Assembly (NCBI RefSeq): GCF_000143415.4
Contig: NW_003314370.1
Location: 248,001 to 312,000, forward strand
Direction: 5' to 3'
Length of the DNA: 64,000 bases
DNA from: Selaginella moellendorffii
Taxonomy: Eukaryota > Plantae > Lycopodiophyta
Translations under genes and position numbers: made by a program
Notes under the pieces: model-generated
Databases searched by the model: none
What the model was told of the DNA's origin: nothing
Seen by the model: only the letters and a program-made list of their open reading frames with translations
In this document: in pieces, positions 39,615 to 52,172 of the stretch
Layout: each line of letters opens with the position of its first letter
How positions within the stretch are numbered: position 1 is the stretch's first letter

Positions 39615-40017
39615 ATGGCGCCGCCTCGATCCGGAATCGCGATCCTGCTCATTGCAATCCTGTGCATCGCGCTCCTCCCGGCAGATTCCAGCGCCCAATC
39701 CTGCACGAATTACCTCGCCCTGGCGAGCTGCATCCCCGCCGCGGTCGGCAACACCGCTCCGACCGCGAGTTGCTGCTCGCTGATCCAGAAATACGTGAAG
39801 AAGCCGGCATGTCTGTGCACGCTCGTCCAGAGCGCCAAGAAAGCCATCCCTAGTATCAACATAGCCAAGGCGGTGATCCTCCCCAAGAAATGTAACTTCG
39901 GGAAATACGTGCCCAAGAACTACAAGTGTGCTGGTAGGCGAATTCTCTTCCTTCTCTCTCCAAATCGATGGCTCACCGTGCTCGATCTTGGCAGGGGTTT
40001 CGGTTCCCCGCGAATAA
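39615..40017 (+). CDS. Non-specific lipid-transfer protein, type D-like; intron 39934-39994
   Basis: Signal peptide and 8-Cys motif. The intron lies 4 nt after the last Cys codon. Ends CAG-VSVPRE*. Confidence 0.9.
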
Positions 40018-40158
40018 GGAATGGCGATCTTCACCGTTCATCCCGACCACCATTCCGCTCCATAATAGTCCACCAGATGTGGAATGTACTACGCCCTCGC
40101 TTTGCTAATACAAACCTCTCGTTTGCCCTATATTTTCTTCCTTGAGAGCGCTCCAGCT

Positions 40159-41603
40159 ATGGCGTCGAGTGCCGCCGCGGCCAATCCCGGGGTTTTCAGT
40201 GGCGTAAGGACGATTCGATCGTGGAAGCGCCACGGCGAGCGCTTCTTGCACAGGAAGCCGAGTAGGAAGGTGTGCGTGGTCCAGATCGAGAGCAAAAAGA
40301 GGGAGCCGAGGCAATTCTGGATGTCCAGGGATCGATTGGCGCCAGGTATGTGATGAAAGATCGCTCGCGTATTGCAAGGAATTCCTAGTGATTTTCCATT
40401 TGCTCGGTGTGGATGGAAGTTTGAAATTTCTGAGCTTGATCATATGTGGTTGTATTTTTCTGATGCTTTGGATGAGCTTTTAAGCACGTTGAATGCGAAT
40501 GAGTGACTAGCCCTGGATGAAACTTTCAAGCACGATATGAATTTATGCGAATGGAATGGACTGTAGTGATTTCTCTGGTCTCATGAGCTTGGTCTCATGT
40601 GTTGTTTACATCCATTGCTCTCAAGCAGCGACTTTGCTGGCGGACTTCCAGATCCAGCCAGAAAGTGTTGGTTTCCTTACAAGGACGAGTTTAACCTGGA
40701 CGAGCAAACACGCATCAGCAGCGAGATGGTGATCGGAACCTTGGATCCCATGTTTGCGGCCGATCGCAAGCAAAAGTTTGATCAGATCATCGCCAACAGG
40801 ACGTTTTCGATTTGTCCGGTGGTCGAAGGCTTGTTCGACATTGGCAACATCTGTGCCGTGTTTAGAACCGCCGAGGCATTTGGACTCCAGTCGGTACATG
40901 TGATCGCTAACAGCGATCAGAAAAGGTGAGTTTCTCTCTGTTATTTTCTTTCTTTGTTCTCACGCGTGTTTTATTCTTGTAGATACAAAGAAGCTCGCAA
41001 CATAAGCATGGGTGCCGAGAAATGGCTGGATGTTGAAGTGTGGGAGAACACAAACGAGTGTGTACAAGTGTTACGGAAGCGAGGATATCGGATTGCTGTG
41101 ACTGACATGGGGGCGGACACGGTAAGCTTGAGAAAGCTCGTCAATCTATTCTATACGTTTTAACAGGTACCTATACACGAGCTGGACTGGACGATTCCAA
41201 CAGCAGTGATCTTTGGAAACGAGCACAAGTATGGAAAGAAAGTGGTATTTGTTTTTCTTTCTTAATCGGTGAACGTTTTTGAGCAGTGGAACAAGCGAAG
41301 AAGCTCTTGCATTGGCGGATGTGAAGTGCCATATTCCGATGGTAGGAATGGTCGACTCATTTAACGTCTCTGTTGCGGCGGGGATCCTCATGTATCACGT
41401 CGTGGGCGACCGGCTTGAAAGAACTGTAAGTGGTTCCAAACTAGCTTTTGCTTGCATCGGTCTTACAGCTCTTGCAGGGAATTCACGGCGATTTGAGCTC
41501 CGAGGAGCAGCAAATCCTTCGTGCCGAGTTCTACCTTCGAAACAAGCGCAACGTGAAGGATGTGGTGAACCACCTGCTTAAGAAAGAGCTCGTCTTGACT
41601 TAA
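40159..41603 (+). CDS. SpoU/TrmH-family tRNA/rRNA 2'-O-methyltransferase, probably organellar, multi-exon
   Basis: GNICAVFRTAEAFG, SMGAEKWLDVE, AVIFGNE, IPMVGMVDSFNVSVAAGI (SPOUT motifs 1-3). Confidence 0.92.
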
Positions 41604-41685
41604 CACATCCGAAAGGGATGCCAATTCATTCAGGGAAAACAGTGAATACAAAACAAAATGGAAACTTTGCTCAATACTTGCATAC

Positions 41686-44600
41686 CTATACCGTGTAGTT
41701 TTGCTGGACTGCGAGATCATCCAGACCTTTCAACTTAGCGACTGCTTCGACATGCGCTTTAACCACGTGAAGGTCTTTCAATCTGTCACAGACAAAAAGA
41801 TCAGTGAACTTAAAGATAACTTTAAAGCTACACGAGAAGAGCATATAACTTAAGGAAACAAAGAAACAAAGCACGAGAGGAAAACCAACCTCGCAATCTC
41901 GGCTCTCTTCATGGCTTTTTCCGCAAGATCGGCAGGCCCAGCAACACCAGCAGCCCCTGACTGAGATAGCCTTTGCGTCATTGGAGCCGCGGCATGGCCA
42001 GATATAACAGCCCATTGAGCTTGCCGCGCCTCACGGCCATAGTTCTTCTGACGAGTGAAAGCGATCTTCCTCTCCGTGAGAAGGTCCCACATTGCTCCAC
42101 TCAAGATGTATCTCACCAAAAACTTGATAAGATCCAAAGGGAAGTACCAGACGACGCTGCAAAGCAATGAGACGAAGTTAGACACGAAGAAAACAAGGAA
42201 GAACTACGCTTGCGAGCTTTACCTGTACAACCATACCACTCCGGCCCAGCCCCAGCCGCAGCCTTTGATTCCTGCAAATCCCCAGTCGGCATAAACTGCG
42301 ATCAGCGTCGCCACCAGCTGAGCAACAAGGAAGGCGACGATCAGCATCGCCCCGGGTCTCTCCAAAAACGAGAAGCTCCGCGACCGAGTGACGAAGATGA
42401 GTGCCTGACTGATCACGCTGACTTGCAGATAGATCACAGCGGTTTCCTGTTTGACGTGGCCCGAGATCAACCTCACCGAGAAGTGGTCTTGGAAGAAGTT
42501 CGTCTCGTGTATGAGCCAGTAGAAAAGGACGGACATCAGTCCGAGGTAGGTCCCGAGGCACGAACCGAGCACAAACAACTCCGGGAGCTTCCAACTGTCT
42601 GGTTCCATGGATGGTTTCACTCTATCCTGCAAAAAAGTGAAGTTAGACCGAGCAACAGAGTCCAGCACGGGGATTAATTACCTTGCGACATTATTAGCTT
42701 GGAATTAACGGGTGGAGCGATTCCAGAACGTACTTTCGAGATTGTCATGATGGTGCCGTCGTTGAGGATGGCTATGATAAGCGTCATGAACGGGGAAAAC
42801 TTGAACTTCCAGATCAGCGCCATGAGCAAGAAACCGAGGACGATACGAATGGTGATTGAGATGGCGTAGATGGTGTAGTTCTTCATGCGCTGGAAGATGC
42901 AGCGGGACGTCAAGATAGCATGGATGATGACGCTCAAGCCTGCAAGCCACATTTTGTTAACAAAGGATCGAAAGAAGAAAAACAAAGAACTTACCAGGGA
43001 GTGTCAAGACAATATCAGCGGCGTTACGAGCAGCATCCGTCGCGTCGGCAACAGCAATCCCGATATCAGCTCTTTTCAGAGCAGGAGCATCGTTCACTCC
43101 ATCGCCTGTCATGCCGCAGATGTGTTTTGCTTCCTGTAACTTCTTGACGATGTTATACTTGTGCTCTGGAAAGACCCCTGCAAACCCGTCTGCGTGCTCT
43201 ATGAGCTCCCCTTCGTCCGCACTGGCCAAGCTTGGGTCACGTCCAGCCCCGCCGGGAAATAATGCAGTGACTGGATACATGTTGGTTCCCATGCCCAGCC
43301 TTCTCCCAGTTTCTTTGGCAATAGCTAGCTGATCTCCGGTTATCATCTTCACGTTCACTCCAAGCTCTAGAGCTCGCTTCACTGTGTCTGCGGTATCGTG
43401 GCGGGGCGGATCGAAGAGTGGAACGAGGCCCAGCATGTCCCAGTCGCCACCTGGACTATCCTTATCGTTGTCTGGAACAGTCTGCTAAAGACGGTGTTAA
43501 AAGGTGGTGGATTTGTGAGAACTATCAGCGTACCTGCGTCGCCACAGCCAGAGTTCTCAAGCCCCTCTCCGCGAACTTCTCAATGATATCATGCACCCGG
43601 CGTCCAATTTGTTCTTTGTTGTAGGCCAAGTCGAGAATCTGCTCGGGAGCACCCTTGGATGCACGATGCATTTGCCCTTGCGTGTCCAGGTAAGTCATTT
43701 GAGTACGCTTATCAGTTGGATTGAATGGCATGAAGTGTATCTCTTGAATTCCTTCCCTTGCTTCTTTTGGATCTCCAAGCATGTTTACAATGGCGAGGTC
43801 GATAGCATCCTGCAAAACAGCATCTTTATAGCACCCTGAAAACTTCTAATCCGAGTATAAGTTACCTGGTTCTCCACGCGAGAAGCTCTCGACGCATGAA
43901 GTAAGATCGTATCTTTGTCCGCCTTATCCGAAAAGATCTCTATGAGATTCTTGTCAACTGTAAGCCTGTTCAACGTCAGAGTTCCTGTTTTGTCCGAGCA
44001 CAAGATATCCATCCCCGCCATCTCTTCAATAGCCGTCATCCTTTTAACTATCGCTCCCTGCTTAGCCAGCCCGTGGGATCCTACAGCCATTGTGATGGAG
44101 AGCACAGTTGGCATGGCGATCGGTATCCCTCCTATTAGCAGAACCAGCAGCGCATCGATTCCATCCCTGTACTTCCAGTGCTGGCACGGGTACATGACTA
44201 TAATCTCGATGATCATCCCCAGCGCTATCGAGACGATGCAAAAGCTTCCAATTCTCGTAAGAACCTTTTGAAAGTGTCCCATTCGCTGAGTGCTGTCTAC
44301 GAGGTGTGCTGCTTTCCCAAAAAACGTGCTCACACCAGTTGCAATCACCACTGCTTCGATCTCCCCCTGCTTACAAATGGAACCCGAGAAAACTTCGTCA
44401 CCTTGTCTCTTGGTCACTGCCACGGATTCACCTGTGAGAGCGGACTGATCGATCGAAAGAGGGTCTCCTTCCAGCAGGCGGCAGTCAGCTGGAATGATAT
44501 CACCAAGCTTGATAGTTATGATATCTCCGGGAACGAGGATGGAGGCGTCCTCTTCCTCGTACTTCCCATCTCTTAGAACTTTAGCTTTAAGTGCCAGTGC

Positions 44601-45047
44601 CTGCATCAAAGCCGCGGCGGCCTGCCCAGCGTTTTGCTCTTCGATATAGCTCACGGTCGAGTTGATGAAGAGAAGAACAACGATTCCTACAAAGTCCTGC
44701 CAGTCGGGCGGCCTTCCGTCTCCATTGGCCAGGATGATAGCCATCAAAGCCGCGATCTCCATCACCCAAGACAGTGGATTCCACATAAAAGTGAGGAACT
44801 TAAGCAGTAAATTCTCCTTCTTCTCCTCCAACTTGTTGGGACCAACGAGCTTGAGCCTGATCTCAGCTTCCACCGTGCTAAGCCCATCCCTGGTGCACTT
44901 AAGCTTCTGGAAAACCTCCTCCAATGGAATGTGCTCCAAATCAGCACTACTGTCCTGTGAGAATTCCCCGCTCGCCCTATTGTCCGCTGTTCTAGTCTCC
45001 TCGTCGATGGCGTCATGATAGAACTCGCGGCTCTCGATCCTGGCCAT
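41686..45047 (-). CDS. AHA: Plasma-membrane P3A H+-ATPase, penultimate-Thr type, multi-exon
   Basis: [41 protein letters not shown], and C-terminus QQNYTV*. Confidence 0.97.
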
Positions 45048-45657
45048 TGGAGATTGCCGCGCTCACATTTTGGAAAACCCTAGCGGCGCATTGCCTACTC
45101 CGGAGAAGCCATCGGAAGATCTGAAACGCGTGATCCCTGACTCACCGTCATTGCCGATCGCGCTCCATCGCCATCGCCACCGCCAAGCGAGATTTCATGC
45201 CTGACACTAACTGTGACCTGGCAAATCTAGCCCGTTAATTTTGAAACCCAGTCGATCCTAGCCGCGAAGATCGGGACCGTCCGTGGGCAGGGTTCTCTCA
45301 ATCATCCATTTTAAGAAAAATCTGACGTGGGATTTAGATCTGAACGCTTTTGTACGGCAGACAGTATGACCAGGAACTCAAAACTCGATCGGCGGGTAAC
45401 TAGAATGCTGTGGCCATTTGGACACGGCCTTCCCGCTTCCCGCCATGTACGGATGGCCCAATCAAAATGACGGGCGATTTGAAATAAATGACGGGGTCTT
45501 GACGGTTTCCCATTTTTGATAAAACAAGGAGCGAAGAAAGACGAGGGTTTGCGCAGTGGTGGGAAGAAGTCATTTTAGGGTTGATGGAGCGGCTGTGAGG
45601 GCGCTCCAGCGAGCAGCCGCGACGGGGGGCGCGCCGCGCGCGCATTATCGGTGAGGT

Positions 45658-48600
45658 ATGGCGGCCACAGTGGACACGAAAAAGATCGTTCAATTGGGGA
45701 AGAGGCTCGGCGAGCTCCAGCTTCCCTCTTCCAAGGATGCGCTGCTCAAGCTTCTCAAGGTGAGTGCTCTTGCTCCGCGCCGGCGGCGGCCTTCTTGCTG
45801 GGTTTTAGGTCTAGCGCGGGCGTCGCTCACGAAATTCCGTGCGTCCCTTGCAGCAACTCTCGGCGCTGCTGCCTAATGTCGATCAATCCGCCTCAGAGGA
45901 GACGCGGCGGGCTCTGGCTCCTTGCAAGGATGCGCTGGTGAGAGCGGAGCTGCTACATCACAAGGATAAGGAGGTGAAATTGTTTGTGGCGACATGCGCT
46001 AGCGAGATTTTGAGAATTGAGGCTCCTGATCTTCCTTACAACGATGATGTCCTTAAGGTATTTGAGGTCTTGTTGTGCCTTGAGAGCTACATATCTCATG
46101 TCTTTCCTTTTTTTTTCTTTCCAGGATCTGTTTGAGCTCATTGTCAACACGTTCAAAGGACTCAGTGACATGCAAAGCCCATTATACCAAAAACGGGTAC
46201 ACATACTGGAGACGGTGTCTGCCATCAAGTCCTGTCTGCTATTGCTGGATATTGACAATTGCGACGATGTGATTCTGGATATGTTCAAAACTCTCTTTCA
46301 GGAAGCCAGGTTTGTTTTTCTTTCTTTTCTGCGAGGCAAATTTATCGCTCGTTCGCAGGGATGATCATCCGTCTAATATCCTTAGCGCGATGCTGAACAT
46401 CATGGCTTTGCTCGTGAAGGACAGTGATAACTACCCGAGGCCTTTGGTAATGGAGATTGTTTCAAATCTCGTGAAGAGCAAAAAGGTAAACGACAATTTT
46501 CGTTGTTTTATAATTTGAAATTTCTCAAACTTCATGTCTACAGACATCTGCCGCTGCGAGCAAGGTGGCTTCGGAAGTTATTCGAGAAAATGCACAAGAA
46601 CTGGAGCCTAATGTGATTGGACTGTTGAATACAGTTCATGAGCAATCAGCTGATCCTTGGTTACAACAAAATTACTACGAAGTCCTATTTGAAATCCATC
46701 GCTGTGCTCCCAAGATGTTCCTGGCATATGCACCGACCATTGTGGAAGGTCTTGTGGTATGTCATATTGCACTTGTATAACGTTAATGATTCGATTTCAT
46801 TTTTATGCAGAACGGGGATGAAACTATACGAGTGAAAACAGTTGAACTTCTTGGAAGAGTTTTTAGCTCCCAGGGTCAGGCTGTCGACAAACAGCTTGTT
46901 TCAGAGTTCATCAAGAGAATCACTGACAAGTCTCTGAACGTAAGAGTGGCAACAATGCAGTCTGCAAGGGATTGCTTTGACTCTCTTGGTGCGGATGCTA
47001 AGGAGATCATAGGTGAAACACTAATTCTCGCAATATTTCTGTATTGACCTGTTTCTCTTTGCAGAAAAACTTGAGGATAGAGTACAAGATACCCATGATC
47101 AAGGAAGGATGAAAGCTGTGACAGTGATCTGTGATATCGCCAAAACAAATCTTGAATCTGTCCCAATGAAAGTACTTCACACGGTTGCAGATAGGCTGCG
47201 AGATACAAAGGTATTTATAGTCTCAAAGTTCAAAAACTAATACGATGTCATGCAGGCAGGCACTAGGAATTTGGCTATGCAGAAACTTACCAATGTCTAC
47301 GCTACACACTGTGGCACTCCGGAATCTGAAAAGCTTGAGTGGATTCCCATTAAAATTTTGAAGTGCGTAAATCTCAAGGAGTTCAGGTATTTTTTCTGCT
47401 TGTTTTCTCTCTCGCATCGGTTTCCTTTTCATCCAATTATTTCCCGCAGACCTCATGGCATTGAATTAGCTTTTAGTGAAGAACTTTTTTTACCTGAACT
47501 TCCAGTCAGTGAGAGAACGAAGCATTGGATTGCGATGTTTTCTCAGTTTGAGGGTAACGATGTCAAAGGTTTGGAACGGGTTCTCAGTGCGAAGCAAAGG
47601 TACGCGTTTTTTCGTTTTTCTCTTGCAGTTTTCACATTGGCCGATTTCTCTTTGTAGGTTTCAGCTGGAAATGAAGGAATACTTACATCTACGTCAGGAT
47701 CTGAAGGTACTAGTTTCTACCTTTATCTAATGTTCTGACGTTTCGTGGTTTTAGGAGGAAAACGCTCCTGAGCTCGAAAAGAAGTTGCAGGACCGCTTCA
47801 AATCTATGGCAGAGACGTTTGATGAAAAGGCTGAGGAAAGTCTTGCAAAACTTCATCAGATGAAGGATAATTCGATTTTTAAAAGATTGCTGACCTTGCT
47901 GGAGCCAAGTACACCATATAGTGTTTCACGCTCTATCTGCGTAAGGCGAAAGTAGGCTATTAGTCCCGTTCTGATGATCTGGTTTCTGTCTGTAGGATGA
48001 TTTACTGAGCACAATCGGTGTCAAGCATCCACAATATGAATTCCTGCGGCTTCTGGCAGTACGATGTTCGTTTTTACTATTCGGACGAGAGCACGTTGCC
48101 GCAGTATTAGACGAGTATGAGACTTTCAAAGATTCTGGAAACAAAAATGCTGTTTCTTCGTGCATGAATTTGCTTCTGGTAAAGTCTTTATTTGAGAATT
48201 TATTTTCATTGTTTTGTCTAACTTGCTTGAGTTATATACAGGTTTTTTCCCGATATTTTCCTGAACTGATGGACGGTGTCCAAGATAAGATTTTCAATCT
48301 TCTTAAAGACAGCGAGGATGATGCCGTTAAGAACGCTGCACTTCAAATTATTTCCAGATCCGGTCACTGCTTGCGGGAGAAAATCGTGGACTCCAGAAGG
48401 TAAGGTTCAGTCAGATAGAGTTTGGAACTCATTTTGTTTGCAGTTCCATTGATTTGACTCTCGAGACGTTTTGCTTGGAGGGTACACGTGAGCTTGCCAA
48501 GAATGCAATATCTGCCATTACGGCTTTGTCATCGGATGCTGGGCTTAAAGCGTTATCGGTTCTGTATGGGGTATGTAGCTTCGATCGGTAGCATTTTGTT

Positions 48601-51600
48601 TTTCTAATTCTCTTTACTTTTAGCATCTATTAAAAGCCATGGAGAGTAAAGCGCATCTTCCAACTGTTTTACAATCTTTGGGTTGTATAGCTCAAACTGC
48701 AATGCCGGTGTTTGAGACTAGGGAGTCCGACGTCGTTCAATATGTTTTAAAAGATCTACTTCCCAGAGAACGGTCCGAGGTCCTAAGTTTTAGCGATATT
48801 TTTGTTGTTCCCGTTTTCTAATATTTCTCATTGTAGGATTCAACTAAATCAGATTGGGACAGCAGGAGTGAGGAATGCATGCTGAAGGTGCGTATTATAT
48901 TTTTACGTAGATTGTCGTTTTCTAAGTGTTCTATCTTAATTCGCAGATATATGGTCTCAAGGCATTGATTAAAAGCTACCTCCCAAATAAAGATGCAAAT
49001 TTGCGTCAAAGCTCGTTAAAAACTATCCAACCGGTTTTGTTGAATCTTCTTAGATTCGGATCAATCAACGAGGAGTCGAAGTCGAGGTTTACTGCACGAC
49101 GCGCTTTTCTTTGGCTGCTAATTCTATTATCTTTTTCAGTGACATTGATAAGGCACACATGCGGCTTGCAGCTGCTAAAGCTTTTTTGCGTCTTTCTCGA
49201 ATCTGGGACAAAGAAATCCCTGCTGCCACTTCTCGGTTTATAATGATGACAGCGCAGGTAAATTTCTGATTGGCTATCACCTTACTCACTGTCATTGCCA
49301 CAGGATCCAGTTTTTGATGTACGCCAGAAGTTTTTACTGAAAACCCATCAGTACTTGAAACTTCAACGGTTGCCTCACAAATACGCCATCGTGTATCCTT
49401 TGTACTCGGTGGATTCAAGAAAAGATATCGTACAGGAGGTAATGTGTAACATAAATATTTTATAGGCTTTTGAATTCTTGTTTCTAGGCTCAACGTTACA
49501 TGACTGACTTTATCGACAATACTCGTCGCAATGTCGCTCGTCTCAAGAGCAGTGAAGGTCTAAACGTCCATCCAGAATACCACTTGACGTCCTTGATTCA
49601 CGTTCTCGCTCATCATCCACAATTTCCGGATCTGTCCTCGTCTGAGACCGCTCCATATGAACCTTTCTACAAGTATGGTTTGATAATCAGTGTGTTGACT
49701 TCTCACACCAAGCTGCAGGCAGATTTACTCGTACATTCATGCATTGCTTGGGCAAGAGACGGATGTGAAAAGAGAAGAAAATAATTTGGCTGCGGTTCTG
49801 GAAATATTTCGTCGTATAAAAAACACGGAGGATGCAAATGTTCCAGCGGCAACTCAGGTATTCGCGTCATTGCATATTCACTGATAGAGATTACTTGCAA
49901 ATCTTATGTAGAACCTGTACGCTCTTTGCGACATCGGTCTCCACATAGCGAAGGACTTGTCGAAACGTTCACCGGAGCCTTACAAGGGAGATGTACGTCT
50001 GCCTTCAAACCTGTATAAACCCGTTGATGAAGACAGCTTAAAGGTTGGTACAAGCGGTTTTTGTGATTACTTATCAATTGCTCTATACTTCTAACAGGAG
50101 GATGGCAGCAATATGCCGTCGGCCTTGACATCGACTGTACTGAATCGTTTTCGATCTTCAATGCCCAAAGGAGCTCAGGTTAAACCTTCGATTGTTCTTT
50201 ACAGCATCTCATGGCTCTTTTTCATGTTTGGAAAACCAGCGGGGACAGAAAAGAGCAGAAGGATCAGATGACGACGAGGATGAGGATCCCTTACCACGGA
50301 AAAGCGGTTCTGCTGAAACTAAGAAGGGTAAAGGAAAGACTCCGGCCCGCAAAGGTAAGGAGAAGGAAGCGGAAAGCATGTCAGAAGACGACGGTGACGA
50401 TGCTCCCAAGAGAAAACGGGGAAGGCCAACTAAAGAAAAGCAACAGGAAGACACTCCTGGACAGAAAAAGAGAGGGAGGCCAGCCAAAAAGCAAAAGGTG
50501 GAGGTAGACTCTCCTGCTACATCTGCGGATGCCAAAGGCCAGACTCCGAAGTCTAGTGCCAAGAAGGAAAAAGAGAAGGAGAAACAGAAGGTAAATAGTG
50601 AAGTCGTTGCACTGAGAGTTCTAACTGTGGGTTTTATGAACTTAAAAACTCAGGATGATGGTGCTAGCACCACAAAACGGAAAAAGCAAGCTTCTCATAA
50701 GGTACTTTTCTTTTACAAGGGATAGCTTGAGTTGACATGTAACTTATCAATAGCCCGGCAAAAGTGAAAGCGAGGAAAAAGAACCCGAACCCCATCTAGG
50801 CCGAAGGGTCAAGGTGTGGTGGCCAGACGATAAGAAGTAAGTTAGGCGAAGTTGATGTCCTGTAATGCTTATGGATCGTGTTCAGGTATTACCGTGGAGT
50901 TGTGAAGTCGTATGATGCGAAAAGAAAGAGACACCACGTAAGTGATTAAAGGAGATTCACCATGTCTAACTTTTCTCCCGTTTGTATGTAGGTGTCCTAT
51001 GACGATGGTGATAGAGAGACGCTGGACATGAGTAAAGAGCGTTGGCATTACGTAGATGGGAAGGAGAAGGAGGTAACGCATGATTTTGGTTCCGTCCGGG
51101 AATGACTAACGATTTTTTTTCTTAATTGCTTTTGTTTTTTCTCTTGTAGGACACCTCTCCATCGCCGCCACCTAGGGAGTATGTAGACGTTTCCATGCGC
51201 TGTGAAAAGCTAACCGTGTGCCTTTAACTACAGGCAAGCGAAGGCGAAGAAGAGGACGAGCGAAGGGAGCTCCCAGAAGTAAAGCCGCGTGTTGATCGTT
51301 AAGAGTTTCTCATCGTCTGGCATTTCGCAGGAAACCGAAGGGCAAGAAACGGACGCGTGATAGTGACGACGAACACCACCAATCTGAGAACGAGAAAAGA
51401 CCAAAAGGTGGGATTTTTCTACTCTTCCTTTGTTTTTAACACCGGGCTGGACTGTGTAGTGAATGGGAGCAACGCAGCAGTAGTAAATGGAACTGCGGAA
51501 GCCGAGAGTTCACAAAGGGATGCGCTGGGAGACACGGATGATGACGAGCCTCTTGTAAGATCTCCAAATATTTCCTAGCTCACGATTCTTATGATCTCTT

Positions 51601-51686
51601 TTCTCGCTTGTCTCTAGGATTCTTACCGCAGGCGAATGAAGAAACACGATCGGCAGCAGCAGGACAAGGTTGCGGCCGCTGTGTAG
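45658..51686 (+). CDS. PDS5: Sister chromatid cohesion protein PDS5 (HEAT repeats, AT-hooks, Tudor domain), many short introns
   Basis: LLHHKDKEVKLFVATCASEILRIEAPDLPY, WIPIKIL, PEYHLTSLIHVLAHHPQFP, two KRGRP AT-hooks, Tudor motifs GRRVKVWWPDD and YDDGD. Confidence 0.93.
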
Positions 51687-52172
51687 AGATCCAGAATGGA
51701 TGAGAGAGAGCTCGAGGCGAAAATAAGGCCCTCCAAAAATTTGTATAATCACCCCACCATTTTACTCTAGAAAAGTAGAAAGCAAATGGCTTGCACGATT
51801 TCTTTCTAGGTTTTAATGTTAAATTGTCGTTTTAGTATAATTAGTGAAGTTTAAACTGTATTTACACAATAAATATAAAGGTAGAAGATCACAACCGTTC
51901 GATTAAAGAAATCTTTTATAATATATTCTTGAAATTACTTCTATGTCATTAATGCTAATCAAAATTGATAAACCTAAGAAGTTTTACAGTGTGAACACCT
52001 AGAGGTCTACTTTATCCTGCGGGTCCCGTTTACAAGCTGGCTACGAAAGCTCCCGCGCGTCGCATATCCTTCGTATCCCCGCGTCCAAGTTATATACCAC
52101 CACAACCAAGACCTTTGGAGGCTACTCTCCTCCCAATCCCCAGTCCCCAACTCCGAAAGAAATTCACGCGCC

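Noticed and set aside
39363-40145. 260-aa ORF as a single protein
   Set aside because: It is the nsLTP reading through its promoter and intron; the true gene is 39615-40017.
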